DNA of 32,000 bases from Aeropyrum pernix K1 (GTDB lineage: Archaea > Thermoproteota > Thermoprotei_A > Sulfolobales > Acidilobaceae): positions 600,001-632,000 of the forward strand of contig NC_000854.2 in the NCBI RefSeq assembly GCF_000011125.1. Reading direction: 5' to 3'. Shown piece after piece: positions 26,278 through 32,000 of this stretch. The position numbers and the translations under genes are program-made. How positions within the stretch are numbered: the stretch's first letter is position 1; each line of letters opens with the position of its first letter. The notes under the pieces were generated by a model. It was not told where the DNA came from, did no database searches, and saw nothing but the letters and a program-made list of their open reading frames with translations.

Positions 26278-27063
26278 ATGTCTCAAGAGGCGTCTGTGGA
26301 CGGGAGGTTCGGTGTTGCGTCGAGCCCCACCATCGAGGAGGCCGCTGGCCTGCTGGAGAAGCTGCTCGACGGTTCTTCCATGGTGGTTGTGGCGGGGGTC
26401 TGCAGCTCCGAGTATGAGGGTCGCGGGGCCAGCGTCTCGACGGAGGGTGACAAGCTCCTCATAGTCAAGCCTGGGGGCGCCGTCATACTCCACGGACCCC
26501 GGGGGTTTAGGCCTCTCAACTGGCAGCCCAGCACGTCCCACACCGAGGTGGCTACCGCCGACGGGCTTCTCACTCTAAAATTCTACAGGAGAACCCCCCG
26601 TGAGGTCCTCAAGATAGCCTGCGGTAGTATATGGTACATAGCCTGGGTTAGGTTCCCCGAGGAGGGGGCGTTCTGGATGTACATGACCGAGGACGACCTT
26701 AGGAAGGCTGTGGCGCTGCACCCGAGAGAGCTTCTAGGCGAGGATATAAGGTTCTTCGCGGAGGAGAAGAGAACCCCCTCCGGGAAGGCCGACCTCTACG
26801 GCGTCGACGAGAGGGGAAACATAGTCATAGTGGAGGTCAAGCGCGTTAGGGCCGACGAGTCTGCGGTGAGACAGCTGGAGGGCTATGTTAGAGACTACCC
26901 AACGCAGGCCAAGGTTAGAGGGATACTTGTGGCCCCAGATATCTCGGATGCCGCGCGTAGGCTCCTAGAATCTAGGGGCCTCGAGTTTAGGAGGGTGGAT
27001 CTGAAGAAGGCGTATAGCCTGCTGAAGCCGGGTAGGGGTAGGAGCGTGCTGGACTTCCTTTAG
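26278..27063 (+). CDS. nucS: Endonuclease NucS (EndoMS), RecB-like mismatch/ssDNA endonuclease
   Basis: 'ILHGPRGFRPLNWQP', 'SGKADLYGVDERGNIVIVEVKR' catalytic core, 'QLEGYV', C-terminal PIP-like 'GRSVLDFL'. Confidence 0.92.
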   Translation: MSQEASVDGRFGVASSPTIEEAAGLLEKLLDGSSMVVVAGVCSSEYEGRGASVSTEGDKLLIVKPGGAVILHGPRGFRPLNWQPSTSHTEVATADGLLTLKFYRRTPREVLKIACGSIWYIAWVRFPEEGAFWMYMTEDDLRKAVALHPRELLGEDIRFFAEEKRTPSGKADLYGVDERGNIVIVEVKRVRADESAVRQLEGYVRDYPTQAKVRGILVAPDISDAARRLLESRGLEFRRVDLKKAYSLLKPGRGRSVLDFL

Positions 27064-27080
27064 GCGCGGGTGACCCGGCG

Positions 27081-27374
27081 TCACACGCCCGTGAGAGCCT
27101 TCTCCGCCGCGGTGCTTGCGTCGAAGCTTATGAACTCCACCATACTACCCTTTATTAGCACCCTCCCTATCTTTGCGACGAGCCTAGTGCCGTTGTCGGC
27201 AACCTCTATGGCGTCGTCCAGTATAAGGTTCATGGTGGTGTCTGTAGCCACGAGCTTCCCAACATACTCGCTTCCATCCTTAAGCTTAACGTATATCTGG
27301 CTGTTGAGATGCTCCTTGAGGTACTTGAAGGGGTTAACCAGCTGTTTCCCACCCTTTGCAGCCATCTCGTCCAC
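27081..27374 (-). CDS. Archaeal Sm-like (LSm) RNA-binding protein
   Basis: 'NPFKYLKEHLNSQIYVKLKDGSEYVGKLVATDTTMNLILDDAIEV' Sm1 and 'GRVLIKGSMVEFIS' Sm2. Confidence 0.88.
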   Translation of the reverse strand: MDEMAAKGGKQLVNPFKYLKEHLNSQIYVKLKDGSEYVGKLVATDTTMNLILDDAIEVADNGTRLVAKIGRVLIKGSMVEFISFDASTAAEKALTGV

Positions 27375-27390
27375 CCGCTGCTCCCGCTCT

Positions 27391-27765
27391 TTAATCAGCC
27401 TTTACGGTTGATAAAGCTTCTGCACTGCCCTCCGGAGGGTCTAGGAGGATGCTGGACAAGTCTACGATATCCTCCGGGTGCACTCGCCACGATCCTCCGG
27501 AGCGGTATAGCCTCACCCCCTCCAGCTTCAGGAGGGCAGCCTTAACCCTGGGCCCGCCCATGGAGTAGCCTCCTATGCTGCCGTCGCTCCTCACGACCCT
27601 GTGGCAGGGGACGGCTATGGGGCTAGGATTCCTGGCAAGTATTCTCCCCACGGCTCTCGGGCTCAGCCCTGAGGCCCTGGCTAGGGAGGAGTAGGTGGTC
27701 ACCTTGCCCGGGGGGATAAGATGTAGGAGGGTGTAGACTATGAGGCTGGAGGTGGCTGGGGACAT
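27391..27765 (-). CDS. ogt: Methylated-DNA--protein-cysteine methyltransferase
   Basis: 'IPPGKVTTYSSLARASGLSPRAVGRILARNPSPIAVPCHRVV' with PCHRV active site. Start moved to ATG 27765 because the longer track ORF (27918) runs through the 5S rRNA gene. Confidence 0.9.
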   Translation of the reverse strand: MSPATSSLIVYTLLHLIPPGKVTTYSSLARASGLSPRAVGRILARNPSPIAVPCHRVVRSDGSIGGYSMGGPRVKAALLKLEGVRLYRSGGSWRVHPEDIVDLSSILLDPPEGSAEALSTVKAD

Positions 27766-27787
27766 AGTAGGCACCGGCCGTTGTAGT

Positions 27788-27916
27788 GGCCCGGCCCCGG
27801 CTTGGAGGCCCCTGCAGGGCCTCTCGGACCCCACTGGAGCCTCCAACGCGGCCGGCTTAACTTCCGGGTTCGAAATGAGTCCGGGTGTTACCCGGCCGCT
27901 ATGGCCGGGCCGGGCC
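27788..27916 (-). rRNA. rrf: 5S ribosomal RNA
   Basis: Reverse complement reads GGCCCGGCCCGGCCATAGCGGCCGGGTAACACCCGGACTCATTTCGAACCCGGAAGTTAAGCCGGCCGCG...CCAAGCCGGGGCCGGGCC: hallmark 5S 'CTCATTTCGAACCCGGAAGTTAAGCC' loop and a perfect 10-bp helix I (27907-27916 with 27788-27797); about 129 nt. Confidence 0.96.
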
Positions 27917-27938
27917 ACTATCAGAGTTTCACACCCGG

Positions 27939-27947
27939 TATTTTTAA
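27939..27947 (-). promoter_or_regulatory. TATA box (TTAAAAATA) for the 5S rRNA gene
   Basis: Centred about 27 nt upstream of the predicted 5S 5' end (27916), the expected archaeal spacing. Confidence 0.75.
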
Positions 27948-27960
27948 GCCTTTTGGTCTT

Positions 27961-29115
27961 CTAGACTGCGGCGAACCTCTCCGTCCACTCCTCGTACGTC
28001 TTCAGGAGCCTGTGGTCGACGCTCGGCCTCCTCCTGCGGAGTATCTCCTGGAAATCACTCATGGTTATGGGCCTGGGCTCCCCATCCACCTTCCCCTTCT
28101 CGAAGAGCTCCCTCACCGTCGCCATATAGGCCTCCCTTACTATGTCGGCTATGTCGCTCCCGGTATACCCCTCTAGCATCTCCGCCAGCCTGTCTAGGTC
28201 AACGTCGCCGGCTAGCCTGAGCTTCCTGGTGTACATTTCAAGCATCCTCTTCCTTGTCTCCCTGCTGGGCAGGGGGACGTAGATCCTCTTCTGGAACCTC
28301 CGTATGAATGGTTCGTCGAGCTTCCAGGGCTTGTTAGTCGCCGCTATTACGTAGACGTGCAGCCTGCTGCCCTTGTCCTGTATGCCGTCCATCTCCTTGA
28401 GGAACTGGTTCCTAACCCTAACCTCGCCACCCACCTCGGAGCCGTGGACTCCCAGGAGGGCGTCAACCTCGTCTATGAATATAACAACGGGCTTCCCCTC
28501 CTTGGCCTTGTTGCGGGCGTAGTTGAAGAGTTTCTTAACGTTCTTTTCACCCTCCCCCAGCCACTTGCTCATTATGTTTGCCGCGTCGACGTAGAGGAAC
28601 TCACCGTCTATCTCGTTCGCTACAGCGGACGCCAGCATAGTCTTCCCAGTCCCCGGGGGGCCGTAGAGTAGTATACCCCTGGGCCAGCCTAGGGGGAATA
28701 GGTCGGGCCTCTTGACCGGGAAGACTATGGCCTCTCTTATAGCCTTCTTAGCCTCCTCGAGACCGGCAATATCGTCGAAGGTGACGCTGGGCTTCTCCTT
28801 CAACACGAACTCGGGGGCCTCGTCTTCACCGCCGCCATCCTTCTCCTGGGTGTCGACATAGACCTCGTCCCCGGAGGCGGGTATCATCCTCGCCTTCTTC
28901 TCGAGGTCCTTAACCTTCCTGCGGTACTGGGCTATGAGCCTCCGGTAGATGTGGGCTAGAGGGTAGTCCGGATAGTTCCTGACTATCTCGGTGAGGTATT
29001 CGATCGCCTTGTTGAGGTTTACGATAGCCGCCTCGTAGTCCCCCCTCTTCTCCGCATCAACAGCAGCCAGAGCGTATTTCTTAGCGCTACCCTCAAGATA
29101 GGGAACCGCCCTCAC
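27961..29115 (-). CDS. cdvC: CdvC, Vps4-like AAA+ ATPase of the archaeal ESCRT division machinery (N-terminal MIT domain)
   Basis: MIT-like N-terminus 'AVDAEKRGDYEAAIVNLNKAIEYL', then 'VTFDDIAGLEEAKKAIREAIVFPVKRPDLFP', 'GPPGTGKT', 'VIFIDEVDAL'. Confidence 0.92.
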   Translation of the reverse strand: MRAVPYLEGSAKKYALAAVDAEKRGDYEAAIVNLNKAIEYLTEIVRNYPDYPLAHIYRRLIAQYRRKVKDLEKKARMIPASGDEVYVDTQEKDGGGEDEAPEFVLKEKPSVTFDDIAGLEEAKKAIREAIVFPVKRPDLFPLGWPRGILLYGPPGTGKTMLASAVANEIDGEFLYVDAANIMSKWLGEGEKNVKKLFNYARNKAKEGKPVVIFIDEVDALLGVHGSEVGGEVRVRNQFLKEMDGIQDKGSRLHVYVIAATNKPWKLDEPFIRRFQKRIYVPLPSRETRKRMLEMYTRKLRLAGDVDLDRLAEMLEGYTGSDIADIVREAYMATVRELFEKGKVDGEPRPITMSDFQEILRRRRPSVDHRLLKTYEEWTERFAAV

Positions 29116-29164
29116 ACCTCTACACCCCGCGCGGTCTAGAGCCCCCCGGCGCCCCCGGGCTGCG

Positions 29165-29980
29165 TCAGCTGTGGGTGGCTTCCCTGCCTGATGCTATGCG
29201 TATGAGGCCCTTCTGCTGGAGCCTCCTTAGAGATTTTATGATGTCCTCCTTCTCGACGCCAAGCTCGGCCGCTATCTTGCTTATCCTGACCACTCCCCCG
29301 CTCCTCTTGACGTACTCGTACACCTTCTGGTCAATATCATCCTCGCCCCCTCCTCTACCGCCCACTATCCTCTCGGGATCGGGTACGAGGTCGTCGACCT
29401 CCTTGCTGACCTCGCTCAGAACCCTCCTAATCTCCCTCTTTATCTCTGGGTCGATTTCAACCGTTGCGGCAGGCACTGGTATGTTGTTCACCGTCAGGGC
29501 TGTAGACCTTACAACCCTCTCAGTCGACTGTACTATGCTGGTGAGCCTAGCCGCTATCTCCGGGCTCGTAGCGGCCAGGTACTCGTCCATAGCCCTCATG
29601 GCGAACTCTAGAGGTGCAAGGGCCTTCGCCAGCGACTCTATGCTCCTGGCGTCCTGTATCCTCACTATGGCCAGCTCTATGAGCCTCGAGTACATTGTGA
29701 GGGCCTTCAGTATCCTCTTCTTCAACACTATCTCGGCCGCGTGTATATGGAGGGCGTCGTAGTCCCTCCTCCGGGCGGCGTCGAGCATCCTATCGTAGAA
29801 CCTGTTTATCTCGGCCAACACTATATTCTTCATGGAGTCCACTTCAGTCTTGGTGAGCTGCAGCCTGGCCAGTATCTCGTCATAGTCAACACCCTCCTCT
29901 CCATAGCCCGGCTCGTGCCCGGCCTTAGCCCCCGGGCTCCACGATATAATACCTAGCTTCCTAACTATGTCTATGACCAC
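29165..29980 (-). CDS. cdvB: CdvB, ESCRT-III-like protein with C-terminal winged helix
   Basis: Snf7-like helical core 'LARLQLTKTEVDSMKNIVLAEINRFYDRMLDAARRRD', C-terminal wH 'IDQKVYEYVKRSGGVVRISKIAAELGVEKEDIIKSLRRLQQKGLI'; adjacent to cdvC. Confidence 0.88.
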   Translation of the reverse strand: MVIDIVRKLGIISWSPGAKAGHEPGYGEEGVDYDEILARLQLTKTEVDSMKNIVLAEINRFYDRMLDAARRRDYDALHIHAAEIVLKKRILKALTMYSRLIELAIVRIQDARSIESLAKALAPLEFAMRAMDEYLAATSPEIAARLTSIVQSTERVVRSTALTVNNIPVPAATVEIDPEIKREIRRVLSEVSKEVDDLVPDPERIVGGRGGGEDDIDQKVYEYVKRSGGVVRISKIAAELGVEKEDIIKSLRRLQQKGLIRIASGREATHS

Positions 29981-30140
29981 TTCCTACTTCACCCCGAGCT
30001 TCCGCAACCATTTTTGGTTTACCACATATAATCTCGGGCAGGGTGTGTAAGACCCTGTAATTACCATACCCCCGTGCCGGTGTCGTCGGGGAAGCTTTCT
30101 ACGTAGACGTGGATAACCTCTCAGGATTGACACTTTTGTC

Positions 30141-31076
30141 TCACATCTTCACCGCAACCAGGCCCAGCGCCCTCCTCCTAAAACCGAGGACCTCAAACCC
30201 CGCCTCCCTTAGTAGCCTAGCTACCCTCCCGGGAAGATTTAACCCCCTGATCCTCCCGGGCTCTCCTGTGTAGTGGAAGAGCCTGCCACCCCTCCTTAAG
30301 ATCCTGTGAAACTCCCTATAGAGTTCCAGAGTGTAAAGGCTGCTTGTGGACTTTGAGAACCTTGGGGGATCGTGTATTAGGGCGTCGAAGGCCGAATCGC
30401 CGAAATCCCGGACGACTTCAACGGCGTCCCCAAGTATAATCCTAATTCTCTTGTCACGGAGGCGGTGGCTCCAAGGGTTGAGCGCGGCGAGCTGGAGGAC
30501 GATCTCATCAACCTCCACCGTATAGACTAGCGAGGCCCCTCTAGCTATGGCCGCTATGGAGGTGTATCCCAGTCCTGTGCATGTGTCTAGCACCCTGAAA
30601 CCCCTTTTCACGACCAGCGAGGCCTTAGCCAACGCATCACTCCAGGGGTCAGTCCCAGCCACCCTGTGCATGTGTATGCCGTTTATTTCAAGGGTAGGAG
30701 GCTTGCCGCCGGGGAGTGGGACAAGCTTGTAGTACGAGCCCCTGTACGCCTCTGCAACTCCCATAAAGCCTGTGCTCCCCACGACGGCCATGCTCCTCTC
30801 GCCGAGGGAAGCTGCATGCTCGTCTACAACAAACCTCGAACCACTTTCGCTCACGAGGACCGCCCTCTCGTCTATGCACTGCAACCCAAAGACTAGTCCA
30901 CCCATCCTGACCTTAGCGGGCGGCCTCTCTCCCCTAGACCATTCTCTACACCTGCCGAGAAGCTCTTTGGCTATACTCGACGGAACTGCAATACGCCGTA
31001 GACTCCCCATGTTGTAGAGTTCCACTTCTATAGCCGAGCCACCTCTACACCGCCTGCCAAGAGGTGTCACGGGCAT
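30141..31076 (-). CDS. Predicted class I SAM-dependent methyltransferase (COG2521-like)
   Basis: 'GFRVLDTCTGLGYTSIAAIARGASLVYTVEVDEIVLQLAALNPWS', 'IILGDAVEVVRDF', 'FDALIHDPPRFSKS' DPP motif. Confidence 0.8.
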   Translation of the reverse strand: MPVTPLGRRCRGGSAIEVELYNMGSLRRIAVPSSIAKELLGRCREWSRGERPPAKVRMGGLVFGLQCIDERAVLVSESGSRFVVDEHAASLGERSMAVVGSTGFMGVAEAYRGSYYKLVPLPGGKPPTLEINGIHMHRVAGTDPWSDALAKASLVVKRGFRVLDTCTGLGYTSIAAIARGASLVYTVEVDEIVLQLAALNPWSHRLRDKRIRIILGDAVEVVRDFGDSAFDALIHDPPRFSKSTSSLYTLELYREFHRILRRGGRLFHYTGEPGRIRGLNLPGRVARLLREAGFEVLGFRRRALGLVAVKM

Positions 31077-31186
31077 GTTCTTGCTGCAAACCCGCTAATG
31101 GCTATATATAATTTTGCTGGATAGACCGTTTAACGCTTAAAATCATAGGTGATAACCTCTAAAACCGGGGCTGGAGGGCGACTACG

Positions 31187-31357
31187 TTGAAGCGGCTAGT
31201 ATACTCTAGGGAGGAGGAGGAAGAGGAGCTTTGGGAGGAAGAAGAGGAGGAAGAGCTGGAAGAGGAGGAGTTTTTCGACGAGGAAGAGCTAGAGGAGCTT
31301 GAGGAAGAAGAGGAGCTTTGGGAGGAGGAGCTCGAGGAGGAAGAGGAGGAAATATAG
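31187..31357 (+). CDS. Ultra-acidic 56-aa mini-protein (candidate; TTG start), not in the supplied ORF track
   Basis: Translation MKRLVYSREEEEEELWEEEEEEELEEEEFFDEEELEELEEEEELWEEELEEEEEEI*; SD-like GGAGGG at 31173-31178, 8 nt before TTG. Confidence 0.55.
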   Translation: MKRLVYSREEEEEELWEEEEEEELEEEEFFDEEELEELEEEEELWEEELEEEEEEI

Positions 31358-31539
31358 ACTGTTCAGGCTGACGAGCCTAGCCTCCCTATAAACACCTTTC
31401 CTGTGTTTCCCGAGTTCAATATTAGGACCTAGACCCTGCCCTATTATAGAAGGGCATCGCATTTGTATCACTCGAGGAGCAGTTCTACTCTATACATTTT
31501 ACCTCTTAGCGTAAGCGAAGGCCATCCTGGGAGTATGCC

Positions 31540-32000
31540 TTGTCTTCGCTGATAGGGTATGCACTAGCGTATGCCGCGAGCCTGCTGTTCGCAGTGTCCG
31601 ACGTTCTAGTTAGGAAAGCATCGAGAGATATAAGCCCGGCCGGCATACTCTTCCTCTCCCTCACCTCGGGCATACCGAGCCTGGCGGTGGTTTCGATACT
31701 TCTGGGGGAGCCCACGCTACCCGGTATGTGGTACCTACTCCTCTACTGCGCAATAGGTGCTGGCCACTTCTACTTTGGCAGGCTCTTCTTCTACACGGCT
31801 GTGGCGGGGCTAGGAGCGTCGAGCGCGGCGATAATAGTGTCGGCCACTCCCATAATGTCCAGTTTCTTGGCAGTTCTCCTCCTAGGGGAGGACCTCAGGC
31901 CCCCCGTACTAGCGGCTCTTATACTTGTGACGCTCGCCGCGTATATTGCCGCGAGAAACCCTTCGGGTAGGCCGCTACAGAACGTTAGCAGGAGCAGGGC
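31540..32000 (+). CDS. DMT superfamily (EamA-like) permease, 5' portion; continues past window end
   Basis: Continuous frame from TTG 31540: MSSLIGYALAYAASLLFAVSDVLVRKASRDISPAGILFLSLTSG...GRLFFYTAVAGLGASSAAIIVSATPIMSSFLAVLLLGEDLRPPVLAALILVTLAAYIAARN; typical EamA repeat pattern. Confidence 0.8.
   Translation, partial: MSSLIGYALAYAASLLFAVSDVLVRKASRDISPAGILFLSLTSGIPSLAVVSILLGEPTLPGMWYLLLYCAIGAGHFYFGRLFFYTAVAGLGASSAAIIVSATPIMSSFLAVLLLGEDLRPPVLAALILVTLAAYIAARNPSGRPLQNVSRSR

Noticed and set aside
27802-28176. 124-aa + strand ORF
   Set aside because: Overlaps the 5S rRNA and the antisense strand of cdvC; spurious in a GC-rich genome.
31289-31471. 60-aa minus-strand ORF
   Set aside because: Antisense translation of the GAG/GAA-rich tract (giving LLF/LLEL runs); no SD and no family resemblance.
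1-32000. Search for CRISPR arrays, transposases, toxin-antitoxin or defence islands
   Set aside because: No regularly spaced direct repeats, Cas proteins, transposase motifs or small paired TA-like genes were seen; the content is core metabolism, transport, division and RNA genes.

Overview
This window is ordinary gene-dense crenarchaeal chromosome. The ORF at 25330..26217 (-) matches, from memory and without a database search, the KvAP voltage-gated K+ channel of Aeropyrum pernix. Contents in order: partial ornithine-cyclodeaminase-like gene; branched-chain amino-acid-type ABC transporter (5 genes); tRNA-Ile(GAT); thiolase plus DUF35 partner; diphthine synthase; radical SAM protein; GltD-like oxidoreductase; Bud32-like kinase; DUF504 protein; divergent DHH protein; PotDABC-type ABC transporter; succinate dehydrogenase ACDB; gcvH; HPS-like protein; creatininase family protein; KvAP; NucS; Sm-like protein; MGMT; 5S rRNA; CdvC/CdvB (ESCRT division machinery); methyltransferase; small ultra-acidic ORF; partial DMT transporter. 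No CRISPR array, defence island or mobile element was found. The items most worth a second look are: (1) a 56-aa ultra-acidic ORF at 31187..31357 missing from the ORF track; (2) a 5S rRNA gene hidden under spurious ORFs at 27788..27916; (3) an AT-rich, inverted-repeat-dense intergenic island at 24950..25330 with a promoter-, operator- and leaderless-ORF-like arrangement, plus a 17-nt repeat shared with the intergenic region at 11.5 kb; (4) a possible +1 frameshift at a G6 run restoring a transmembrane segment of the 10658..11482 gene; (5) a DHH-family protein that has lost its DHH motif (Cdc45/RecJ-like candidate); (6) cdvB-cdvC without adjacent cdvA. I see no convincing wholly new multi-gene system.
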